DNA of 64,000 bases from a virus (taxonomy: Duplodnaviria > Caudoviricetes), in the IMG/VR virus record IMGVR_UViG_3300020577_007420, positions 12,380-76,379 of that record; one strand, 5' to 3'. Position numbers and translations under genes: made by a program. A model generated the notes under the pieces. The model saw only the letters and a program-made list of their open reading frames with translations, was not told the DNA's origin and ran no database searches. Positions 1 through 8,304 of this stretch are shown in pieces. The stretch's first letter is position 1, and each line of letters begins with the position of its first letter.

Positions 1-1
1 A

Positions 2-301
2 AAAGAAGATGAGGTAAAGAAGCAATTGTATGCTCTTTATCCTAACAAAGGTGGTAAAATCCTCAGTGAGGCAGAATTTAAGAAGAAAATTGCTTCTGCC
101 GTAAGTGATGCCTTGGTTGGAGAAGAAAGAACTATGGTTGGAAGACACTATGGTAGTCAGGACGAATTTGGAAGGATTCGTTTCATTGACATGGAAGAGA
201 AGAAAGATGACACAAAGGATTATGATACACGTCAACGATTGGTAGACCCTCGTACTATCCGTTGGCTCATTTTGAGAGGAGTTAAGTACAAGGTAAAGTA
301 A
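2..301 (+). CDS. hypothetical phage protein, 5'-truncated by window edge
   Basis: Frame is open from base 2 (KEDEVKKQLYALYP...) to TAA at 301; the TTG at 26 is internal. Confidence 0.75.
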   Translation, partial: KEDEVKKQLYALYPNKGGKILSEAEFKKKIASAVSDALVGEERTMVGRHYGSQDEFGRIRFIDMEEKKDDTKDYDTRQRLVDPRTIRWLILRGVKYKVK

Positions 302-302
302 A

Positions 303-334
303 TTTGGTAATTTCCTACATAATACTTATCTTTA
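303..334 (+). promoter_or_regulatory. Bacteroidota sigma-A type promoter (-33/-7)
   Basis: TTTG(303-306)-N20-TATCTTTA(327-334); consensus is TTTG-N19-21-TAnnTTTG. Confidence 0.6.
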
Positions 335-399
335 ATGCCCTAAGTGCCCCGTAAAAGGGGCCTCGGCCACAATGAAGTGGCAACTTAAAAACAAGTAAT

Positions 400-1335
400 A
401 TGGCAGTAAAAGGTAAACAAAGAGAACAAAAAGAGTTTGCAAAAAAGTTTTATGTAGGTTTCACAACTGTAAAAGTTGTAGCAGTAAATCCCTCAAGAGA
501 GGAAATTAACAAGCTGGTTGGTAAAGAAGATTCTCCTGATGACAAAGAAATGGTCTATCTTGGAGAAGACCAAGAAGGTAACGAAAGGCTGAGATTGGCT
601 TTCTGGCTTAAGGATGTTAAAACTGGGGAATTGTATCCCTATTCCTTTAACCTCACTAATAAGGAGAGGAGAAATAAGGATAACACCAAGGTTCAGATTA
701 TCAATAGCACCTGTGGTACAACTTGGGTACCTGTAGACGAGAACGGAAAAGTAGACGAGTCTGCTATTCCTAACTGGTTTACTACATTTACTGACAGAGA
801 AAATCAGGTTCTTGGAACTAAGAAGTGGAGAAAAGCACTTGCTGGTGAAGAGGAACTGGGAACTCTGCTGAGAAGCTGGCTTGGTAAGCTCAACTTTATG
901 GATGCTGACACAGAAGTACTCGTTGATACGAAGAAACTGTTTAAGGAAAACTATAAAGAACTGAGAGAATTAATCACCCTTGACGAGAAGGATGAATTTA
1001 CAGGAGAAGGATATGATACTCCATTTGTTGCATTGCTTGGTGTGAGAACAGATGAAACTGACTCTACTAAGAAGTATCAGCAAGTATGGGGTAAAGGATT
1101 CCTCTCTGAGAGCTTTATGAAGTATATTAACAACGGTGGCGAGAACGGTCCTAAGTTCAGCTCCGAATATACTAAGAAAGTTTGGAAGAAATTCAAAGAT
1201 GAGGTCACTGGTGATTATGGATTTGATGGCTACACTGAGTTGGTAGCTCTTAAGGAGTATGATGAAAGTAAGGATATCTCTGGTGGTCTAAAGACTGGCA
1301 AAGAGGTTCCTGCACCGACATCTAGTGATTACTAA
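400..1335 (+). CDS. putative ssDNA-binding/replication protein (crAss-like family)
   Basis: 311 aa; N-terminal YVGFTTVKVVAVNP resembles a conserved crAss-like replication-module protein; acidic tail; lies upstream of the primase. Function inferred. Confidence 0.5.
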   Translation: MAVKGKQREQKEFAKKFYVGFTTVKVVAVNPSREEINKLVGKEDSPDDKEMVYLGEDQEGNERLRLAFWLKDVKTGELYPYSFNLTNKERRNKDNTKVQIINSTCGTTWVPVDENGKVDESAIPNWFTTFTDRENQVLGTKKWRKALAGEEELGTLLRSWLGKLNFMDADTEVLVDTKKLFKENYKELRELITLDEKDEFTGEGYDTPFVALLGVRTDETDSTKKYQQVWGKGFLSESFMKYINNGGENGPKFSSEYTKKVWKKFKDEVTGDYGFDGYTELVALKEYDESKDISGGLKTGKEVPAPTSSDY

Positions 1336-1356
1336 ATTGTTATCTTGACTGAACAG

Positions 1357-1388
1357 AAGGAGGGCACAGAAATGTGTCCTCCTTTTTT
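1357..1388 (+). terminator. rho-independent terminator
   Basis: AAGGAGGGCACA-GAAA-TGTGTCCTCCTT followed by a T tract. Confidence 0.85.
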
Positions 1389-1421
1389 GTTTTAAATTAT
1401 TTAACCTACAAATTAATTGTT

Positions 1422-1820
1422 ATGTGTTTTGATGTAACAAATCCAAAAAGAAAGAAAGCAAGATATGATATAATCTGCTTTAAGCTTGTAGATGATGACT
1501 CTACTATTCCGGTAGCTAAATCCCCAATTCAAGGTTTTAAATGGACTGCAGGTGAAGAATATGAATGTGAATTAGATATGTCCACGTATAATGAAATACA
1601 TCAAGGTTTTCATGCATGTAAAACAATAAGGGGATGTAGAAATCTCCAAAGACAATGGGGTGACGGAGATGATTTGAGTTATAACATTGGTATATTTGTA
1701 ATCCCTAAGGGTGCAGAATACTACGAGAACGATACACAATATGTATCTAATAGGATGAAGATGCTCATCGGTGATTACAGATATGCTAAACAAATAATCA
1801 AGGCGTTAACTACAAAATAA
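1422..1820 (+). CDS. hypothetical protein (MCF...GFH...IPKG.YY family), paralog of next gene
   Basis: Likely start is ATG 1422 (MCFDV); the track start at 1374 lies inside the terminator. Confidence 0.7.
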   Translation: MCFDVTNPKRKKARYDIICFKLVDDDSTIPVAKSPIQGFKWTAGEEYECELDMSTYNEIHQGFHACKTIRGCRNLQRQWGDGDDLSYNIGIFVIPKGAEYYENDTQYVSNRMKMLIGDYRYAKQIIKALTTK

Positions 1821-1827
1821 AAATACT

Positions 1828-2226
1828 ATGTGTTTTACAAGAAAACCTTATGACAAAGTTCGTGCAAATATTGCAAAAGAAGATATATTTGCATATAAGT
1901 GGTTAAGTAGAAGTAATTCAAATAAACCACCTCATTCTCCAGTCTATTTTCAACACTGGGTTGAGGGTAAGGTATATTCAGAGAAAGACTTCCAAAAGGA
2001 GTTAAAAGAAAATGAGAGAACTATAGAAGCTGGATTTCATAGCCTTAGAGACATAAATGGAGCAGTAGAATATAAAGACAGTAATATTCATCACATTGAT
2101 GTTAATATACATCTTTATAAAGTCTGTATTCCAAAAGGTTCATATTATTATATGAACGGTTCTCAAATTGTATCTAATAAGTGTTATTTAGTTAGTAGTA
2201 AGGCAGTTAGGATAAGAAAGAAATAA
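1828..2226 (+). CDS. hypothetical protein (MCF...GFH...IPKG.YY family)
   Basis: 132 aa; shares MCF, DI..YK/FK, GFH, IPKG.YY.N and VSN motifs with 1422-1820. Confidence 0.7.
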   Translation: MCFTRKPYDKVRANIAKEDIFAYKWLSRSNSNKPPHSPVYFQHWVEGKVYSEKDFQKELKENERTIEAGFHSLRDINGAVEYKDSNIHHIDVNIHLYKVCIPKGSYYYMNGSQIVSNKCYLVSSKAVRIRKK

Positions 2227-2237
2227 AATATTATCAT

Positions 2238-3272
2238 ATGATTAAGGGAAAGGTTAAACAAACTCTGACAAAGGAAGCAATTCTGGAGAGGATATCTACA
2301 TATGATATCTATCGCTTTTATCAGGGTCCGTTTATTATAAATAGACCTTGTGTAAATAGACACCGTGGAGAGAAAGACCCCTCCCTTATCATTGGTAATA
2401 AGGTCAGCAATGATTTGACACACAAGGACTTTGGAGACTATAGTTGGAGGGGAGATGCATTTGCATTTGTTAAGAAGATACACAATTGTGATTTTCAGAC
2501 AGCTCTTCGAATTATAGACAGAGACTTTGGATTGGGTCTATGTTCTGGTGTAAAAACAAATAAGAAGCCTGAGGTTATTGTTTGGAAGGAGCCAAATATA
2601 GAGATTAAGAGACCTCCTCTTATTCAGGTCGTATACTACTCAAAAATGTCCAAAAGAGCACTAGATTACTGGGCTAAATTTGGGCAGGGAGAAGATGACT
2701 TGAAGATGGAGAAAATCTACCAACCAAAGGAGATATGGAGAAATAGGAAGAGGATTCCTATGGGTGATTTACTCACCTTTGCTTATCATTATGAGGATAT
2801 AGATAAATGGAAGATATATCGTCCATTTGCTCCTAAAAAGACAGAGACTACTTCTATAAACCAATGGAAATGGGATAGCAATGTTCCATTTGATTATGTA
2901 GATAACTTACAGGGAATTCATCCCTCTTGTGATAGGGTATATATGACCAAATCCAAGAAGGATAGAATGGTTCTGATGACTGCCTTACAGACTAACTGCA
3001 TAGCAGACGTTCAGGCAGAGGACCCTGCATGTATATCTTCGGAGGTTTTAGATTTGTATGTTGCTGTTGAGAATAGGTATATTATATCTGATAATGATAA
3101 AAAGGGCAAAGAATTTAGCTGGTGGTTAACAAAACACCATGGCTTTAAGCATGTAAATGTCCCTGATAAGTATCTATCTGAGGAACCTAAGTGTACAGAT
3201 TTTGCTGACCTCTGTTATCATCATGGGATAGAGGCAGTTATTAATCACTTTAAAAGAAAGAAGTTAATATGA
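2238..3272 (+). CDS. DNA primase (crAss-like, TOPRIM type)
   Basis: N-terminal RGEKDPSL and HKDFG domain; TKSKKD and SDNDKKG TOPRIM-like motifs; C-terminal CTDFADL. Confidence 0.8.
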   Translation: MIKGKVKQTLTKEAILERISTYDIYRFYQGPFIINRPCVNRHRGEKDPSLIIGNKVSNDLTHKDFGDYSWRGDAFAFVKKIHNCDFQTALRIIDRDFGLGLCSGVKTNKKPEVIVWKEPNIEIKRPPLIQVVYYSKMSKRALDYWAKFGQGEDDLKMEKIYQPKEIWRNRKRIPMGDLLTFAYHYEDIDKWKIYRPFAPKKTETTSINQWKWDSNVPFDYVDNLQGIHPSCDRVYMTKSKKDRMVLMTALQTNCIADVQAEDPACISSEVLDLYVAVENRYIISDNDKKGKEFSWWLTKHHGFKHVNVPDKYLSEEPKCTDFADLCYHHGIEAVINHFKRKKLI

Positions 3273-3571
3273 TTGACCCTAAACATTTGCAATACGCACA
3301 GGATGCAATAAACAGAGTTGCAAAAAGTTCCGAAAAGCTTTATATGGCATTTTATAACGGAAGACTTTTAGATGTGGGAAAAATAGGATACATCAGAAGA
3401 GGGGACCTTATATTATCCTTATCTAAGACTTTTATGTCTAATGTATATACTGACTTAAGTAGAGCTACTGCTGGCTACAAACCAGAAAACTGGAGAATTG
3501 CACAGGGAAAGTGCAAAGAAGTAATCGAAGAGATGATAAAAGATAATATTATAGAAATCAAACACATATGA
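3269..3571 (+). CDS. hypothetical protein
   Basis: 100 aa ORF with 4-nt overlaps to both neighbours. Confidence 0.65.
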   Translation: MIDPKHLQYAQDAINRVAKSSEKLYMAFYNGRLLDVGKIGYIRRGDLILSLSKTFMSNVYTDLSRATAGYKPENWRIAQGKCKEVIEEMIKDNIIEIKHI

Positions 3572-4266
3572 ATTATCAGATAGTAAAAGACGAGAAGTTG
3601 CTTAAGGATTTTATAGATTGGTTGCCAGAATTAGCTCCTCAGGAACGCTACTACCTGTGCTTATTTGCACGGAATAAATACTGCAAGGAGTTAACTCACA
3701 TTAAGAGTGATAAGGCTCAGTTAAAGAGGTTTGTTACGGATAAGGAGCGTATGTTCCAGAAAATCAAGCAGTTAGAGATAGAAGTGGGTGGGTATAAACA
3801 AAAGCACATGGACGTTCCTGAGGAGGCATTAGCTCTCTATATTACTCCTAACCCAAGAGATATGTTCAAGGCTACAGTAAATACTATGGTCAAATTGGCC
3901 CAAAGTATACGTGACCAAAATATATCCATGAATCCTCATCAGGAGGCCATGTCTGAGATACAGAAAGCCAAGAGTCGTAATTGCTGGATAGATTTTGATA
4001 TTGATACAAAAGGTGTATCCCCTGACTATTCTCATTACTTAAAGGAAAGTGTATATAATATAGTTGGTAAGGACACCGAGGTAAAATTTCTTGAAACTAG
4101 AGGAGGATATCATGTTCTAGTTAATCCAGAAACTGTACCTTTAGAGTTTAAGAGAACATTCTATGTATCAATGATGGAGGTGCCACATTGTGACCAAGCT
4201 GGTGAGAATATGATACCTGTTCCCGGCTGTACCCAAGGGATGTTTGTGCCACACTTTATAAACTAA
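3568..4266 (+). CDS. putative AEP/PrimPol-superfamily protein
   Basis: WIDFDID (DxD), ETRGGYHV and MIPVPG motifs in AEP order. Confidence 0.45.
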   Translation: MNYQIVKDEKLLKDFIDWLPELAPQERYYLCLFARNKYCKELTHIKSDKAQLKRFVTDKERMFQKIKQLEIEVGGYKQKHMDVPEEALALYITPNPRDMFKATVNTMVKLAQSIRDQNISMNPHQEAMSEIQKAKSRNCWIDFDIDTKGVSPDYSHYLKESVYNIVGKDTEVKFLETRGGYHVLVNPETVPLEFKRTFYVSMMEVPHCDQAGENMIPVPGCTQGMFVPHFIN

Positions 4267-4271
4267 TAACT

Positions 4272-4517
4272 ATGACATTAGATAAAAAGATTGAAGAAGT
4301 TGCTACTCTCTTAGGTTTTGAGGTAGAGAGTCAGAACTGGTCAGACAAAAGTAAAGGCTGGATGCGATTAAGGCACATGAAGGCTACACAGGAAAGAGAA
4401 TGGGCACTAATCATCTATAAGGAAGATGGTTGGGACGGAGCCGTAGGAAAGATGGGAGAAATGCTATTAAAAGTAGGACAACTAATTAAAATTCAACACA
4501 TAAACTCAATTTTATGA
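4272..4517 (+). CDS. hypothetical protein
   Basis: 81 aa ORF within the operon. Confidence 0.6.
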   Translation: MTLDKKIEEVATLLGFEVESQNWSDKSKGWMRLRHMKATQEREWALIIYKEDGWDGAVGKMGEMLLKVGQLIKIQHINSIL

Positions 4518-4681
4518 CGACTTGGAACACTAATCCTTTTCTGAAAAAGAAAACCAAGATTGCTACAGAAGCAAAACTCAACTCTCAAGTAAAGGGAGAA
4601 AATCCCAATAAACAAGAGTATAAGAAATCTCTTCTTGAGATGTCTTTATCACAACTTAAAAAATATTTCAAATGCGTGTAA
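4514..4681 (+). CDS. small hypothetical protein (55 aa, not in ORF track)
   Basis: MTTWNTNPFLKKKTKIATEAKLNSQVKGENPNKQEYKKSLLEMSLSQLKKYFKCV; fills the gap with ATGA overlap. Confidence 0.55.
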   Translation: MTTWNTNPFLKKKTKIATEAKLNSQVKGENPNKQEYKKSLLEMSLSQLKKYFKCV

Positions 4682-5130
4682 CACCTGAAAATATGACAAA
4701 GGAAGATATAGATAATAAGAGTATCTTTGTCTTCGGAAGTAATGAGGGAGGTGTACATGGTGCAGGAGCTGCACGTTTTGCTATGTCTCTCGGTGCAAGT
4801 ATGGGGCAAGGCTTTGGGCAAAGTGGTAATACATTTGCAATACCTACTAAAGATTGGACTATACAGCAGCTTGATTTACAGACAATTAAATTCTATGTTG
4901 ATAGATTTATTGTCTATGCAAAGGAGATGTGGAATAGATATCCTCCCTTATTTAAGGATGTTAAGTTCTATGTCACAAAGATTGGATGCGGTTTGGCTGG
5001 ATATACGCCAGAAGATATTGCTCCTCTCTTTACTGAGTGTATAGACATGGAGAATGTATATCTTCCTCAGGAATTTATTGATATTATTAACTCTGAAAAA
5101 GAAGTGACTGTGAGTCACGCAAACATATGA
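4672..5130 (+). CDS. A1S_2505-like / macrodomain-like phage protein
   Basis: IFVFGSNEGGVHGAGAA, GNTFAIPT and FYVTKIGCGLAGY signature motifs. Confidence 0.7.
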   Translation: MRVTPENMTKEDIDNKSIFVFGSNEGGVHGAGAARFAMSLGASMGQGFGQSGNTFAIPTKDWTIQQLDLQTIKFYVDRFIVYAKEMWNRYPPLFKDVKFYVTKIGCGLAGYTPEDIAPLFTECIDMENVYLPQEFIDIINSEKEVTVSHANI

Positions 5131-5870
5131 CAGAAAAGCTTGATTTTAATAGCTTTGCTGGGAAGTTCGGAGAATGGGCTGATAAATTCAGACCCTTTAT
5201 AGAGGGGAAGGAGATGTGGGACATTATGCAGAAGATAAAGGCAGACAGTGCAAAGGAAACAATTGTTCCTGCAAGCAAGGATACCTTTAGAGCTTTTGCT
5301 ACCACATCTCCCTCCAATCTGAAGGTTGTATTTTACTTACTTGACCCATATCCTCGCAAATATTCTAATGGTAATTTTCAAGCAGACGGTATAGCAATGA
5401 GTTGCTCAAATACTCCAGATAATAAGTTGCAACCTTCTCTTACTCAGTGGTATGATGCCATAAGTAGGAGTGAGGGAAGAAAAGTAAATTATAGTCCATC
5501 TTTAGAGTACCTTCACCAGCAAGGAGTTATGCTGTTAAATACAGATTTAACATGCAAACTAAATAAGACACAATCTCATGAAGGATTATGGGAACCATTC
5601 CAGAAGTACTTTCTGGAGGAGGTTGTTGGCAGTGATACAGGAATAGTTTATGTATTATGTGGAAAGGCTTCTCTAAAGATGGAGAGGTATATTAATCCTT
5701 TCTGCAAAATATATAAGTTAGCACATCCTGCAGCAGCTGCACATACCAATACGGATTGGGACGACAAAGGTATTTTTAAGACAATTAATAGAATCCTTGG
5801 AGAGAACAATGGGTATACAATCTATTGGGACAAGGATAAATGGGACGAAATAAATGAGCCACCTTTTTAA
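5127..5870 (+). CDS. ung: uracil-DNA glycosylase, family 1-like
   Basis: LDPYP (GQDPY equivalent), ADGIAMS, GVMLLNTDLT, HEGLWEPF and AHPAA motifs. Confidence 0.85.
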   Translation: MTEKLDFNSFAGKFGEWADKFRPFIEGKEMWDIMQKIKADSAKETIVPASKDTFRAFATTSPSNLKVVFYLLDPYPRKYSNGNFQADGIAMSCSNTPDNKLQPSLTQWYDAISRSEGRKVNYSPSLEYLHQQGVMLLNTDLTCKLNKTQSHEGLWEPFQKYFLEEVVGSDTGIVYVLCGKASLKMERYINPFCKIYKLAHPAAAAHTNTDWDDKGIFKTINRILGENNGYTIYWDKDKWDEINEPPF

Positions 5871-5878
5871 CTAAAACT

Positions 5879-6109
5879 ATGACAACTAAACAATTGAGAA
5901 AGAGCGCACTTAAAAGAGTACCTTGGCACTTCTGGTTCTGTATTGGATGGTGGAAATATCTCTTAGATAGTAAAACAAAGCGTGCTAGTTACGCTACTTG
6001 GTGGCATCGGTTATGGTGCCGTGCAGCAGGTCATCCCGAAGGCCCTTGGTGGTATAGTTGGGGACCAGAACCAGATATGACATGTAAAGGTTGTGGTGAT
6101 GAACTTTAA
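5879..6109 (+). CDS. Trp-rich hypothetical protein with C-terminal CxxC
   Basis: 76 aa ORF within the operon. Confidence 0.6.
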   Translation: MTTKQLRKSALKRVPWHFWFCIGWWKYLLDSKTKRASYATWWHRLWCRAAGHPEGPWWYSWGPEPDMTCKGCGDEL

Positions 6110-6119
6110 TTATAATTAT

Positions 6120-6377
6120 ATGGAAAAATTACAAAAGATTATAAGAACTATCGACTATACTTTAGAAACTGGAAATCCTGATTTCTATGAGTGTAATGAA
6201 GAAGATGTCAAAGAGTTTCTAGATATATCTGTAGACGCATATGCACTTATTCAATGGCCTGAGTCTCAGGAGTATATGGAAAAAGAATGGTTTGATGATG
6301 AAGCTATTCTTGCATTAGGTTCAGAAGATAAAACTGGAGGAAGTGCTTATTTTATACCAATTAAATATTTGATATGA
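6120..6377 (+). CDS. acidic hypothetical protein
   Basis: ATG 6120 follows an AT-rich spacer and is preferred over GTG 6093. Confidence 0.6.
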   Translation: MEKLQKIIRTIDYTLETGNPDFYECNEEDVKEFLDISVDAYALIQWPESQEYMEKEWFDDEAILALGSEDKTGGSAYFIPIKYLI

Positions 6378-6868
6378 GATTTATACTGAAAGTAAAAGAT
6401 AAAGGTCCCAATGTAAAGGGCCCTCGTTATATCCATACAGTTGAGGATGATACTGGAAAAGTTCATGCTACAAGAAAATCAATGAACAGAAAGTATGTAG
6501 CATGTTTGTTAAAGCCGTTTAAAAATGGAGAATACGTAGCAGAAATGTACTTTGGGAGACCAGATTTGGTAGGTAGAGGATGGAACAGTACATATTTTAA
6601 ATGGCTAAATAAGAATAACATTCCTCACTATGTAGTATATACTAAAGAGGTTATTGAGCAATTAGTTAGACGTGCATACGATGATATATGTATACAAGCT
6701 GCTATAAATGAGGCAGATAAGCATGCTACTGTGATTGATAAATATTGCAGTGGCTGTGATAATTATCATCCTGCCTTTAAGGATGAGGAATTTTGTCTTA
6801 TATGTGGAGGTGCTCATACCAAAAGAAAGGACCCAGATTTATTAATACCTTTAGAAAATAAAGAATAA
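6374..6868 (+). CDS. hypothetical protein with C-terminal CxxC...CxxC zinc ribbon
   Basis: 164 aa; CSGC...CLIC. Confidence 0.65.
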   Translation: MRFILKVKDKGPNVKGPRYIHTVEDDTGKVHATRKSMNRKYVACLLKPFKNGEYVAEMYFGRPDLVGRGWNSTYFKWLNKNNIPHYVVYTKEVIEQLVRRAYDDICIQAAINEADKHATVIDKYCSGCDNYHPAFKDEEFCLICGGAHTKRKDPDLLIPLENKE

Positions 6869-6887
6869 AGTAAATTTGGTAGTTTGA

Positions 6888-7208
6888 ATATCTTTTGTTA
6901 AGGGAACTTTACTAAAAGCCTTAATTATAGGATTTATTGATGGTGACGGATTTATATCAAAACAGTACAAAAGGGATAGCTGTTTTATATCAATCAAGTG
7001 TCATAAGGTTTGGAAAGATAATCTTGATATATTTTCACAATTTCTACTTAAAAGAAAGCAATCCTATATAAACAAAAGAGGATATGTAGTTCTTAATATA
7101 GGCACAATGAAGATTATTCAAGACCTTAGGCGATTTATTATTAATGAAAATATCCCTGTACTAGAAAGAAAATGGAAACTAGTAAAACTGATAAAGGAGG
7201 CAGTCTGA
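6888..7208 (+). pseudogene. 5'-truncated LAGLIDADG homing endonuclease remnant
   Basis: Start-less open frame ISFVKGTLLKALIIGFIDGDGFISK...PVLERKWKLV ending TGA 7208; only one LAGLIDADG motif with its downstream half. Confidence 0.75.
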
Positions 7209-7808
7209 AGGAGGGTAAACTAGGTGTTTATTTCTCTTCAGACTTTCCATTTAGGCCATGTCAATATACTTAAGTATGATAAGCGTCCATTCAAAACCAT
7301 AACGGAAATGGATGAGACAATTATCAAGAATGTAGTCGGAAGGCTAAAGAAAGGAGATGATTTGTATTATCTTGGAGATTTCTCTCTAACTAAGAGTCAT
7401 GGAGAAATGGAGGGTTATATGCTTGCGTTAGCATTAACTGGAGCAAATCTGTTCTTCATAAAGGGGAATCATGATAAGCGTGATATTATTAAACTGTACC
7501 AGAAATATGGTATATATCTTGGAGAACAGAAGACCATACAAGTTCTTGATGGTGACGCAAGAGATGGAATACAGAATATAGTTCTGAATCACTATGCTAT
7601 GAGGGTGTGGGACAGAAGTCACCACGGAACATGGCATTTATATGGACATTCTCATCATACATTACCTGAATTAAGTGATAGTTTATCATTTGATGTAGGT
7701 ATAAATGGTTGGAATTATGAACTTCTTAGCTATCAACAAGTTAAGGAGAAAATGTCCAAGAAAACATATAAACCTATTGACCATCACGGAAAAACTGGAA
7801 GAGTATGA
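7172..7808 (+). CDS. calcineurin-like metallophosphoesterase with a +1 frameshift at 7244-7247
   Basis: ATG 7172 frame reads ...YFSSDF; the +1 frame continues HLGHVNIL...YLGDF...GNHD...LNHY...LYGHSH...FDVG. One extra T splits the SDFH motif. Confidence 0.75.
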
Positions 7809-8014
7809 TTAACCCTGAAAAACAAAGACTCGAAGCCAAACTGAAGTTGTGGGAAACTCCCGGATTTCTTCAGTTCATACAAGACCTAGCTGATTATTCT
7901 GGTCCAGTGATTAATACATGGAATAATGTTAATGTGCTGAAAAGAAAATATGAAAAAAAGCTAGAAGACTTAAAACCCAAATCTAAATTTAAACAAGGAA
8001 AATTACCGTTATGA
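7805..8014 (+). CDS. hypothetical protein
   Basis: 69 aa, ATGA-coupled. Confidence 0.6.
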   Translation: MINPEKQRLEAKLKLWETPGFLQFIQDLADYSGPVINTWNNVNVLKRKYEKKLEDLKPKSKFKQGKLPL

Positions 8015-8304
8015 GCTATTGTAAAGACTTGAAGGCAGGTGACCTTATAATGGTTGCCTACTCTAATAAGATGCACCCAGCTGTTTTTTCGAGTGTTGGT
8101 ATTAGACAAAACCCACGATTTTATCTAATGTCACAGGGAAAAATAGATTATCTCAGACAGCATGGTACAATATATAGGGATTATCTTACTAGAGATAACT
8201 GGCAAAAATCTATAGTAAAGGTTAACCCTAACGATATGGATGATTCTGTTAGGCATATGTATGATGAATTTATTAATTTATTACAGGAAAAAGGTAAACT
8301 ATGA
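8011..8304 (+). CDS. hypothetical protein
   Basis: 97 aa, ATGA-coupled. Confidence 0.6.
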   Translation: MSYCKDLKAGDLIMVAYSNKMHPAVFSSVGIRQNPRFYLMSQGKIDYLRQHGTIYRDYLTRDNWQKSIVKVNPNDMDDSVRHMYDEFINLLQEKGKL

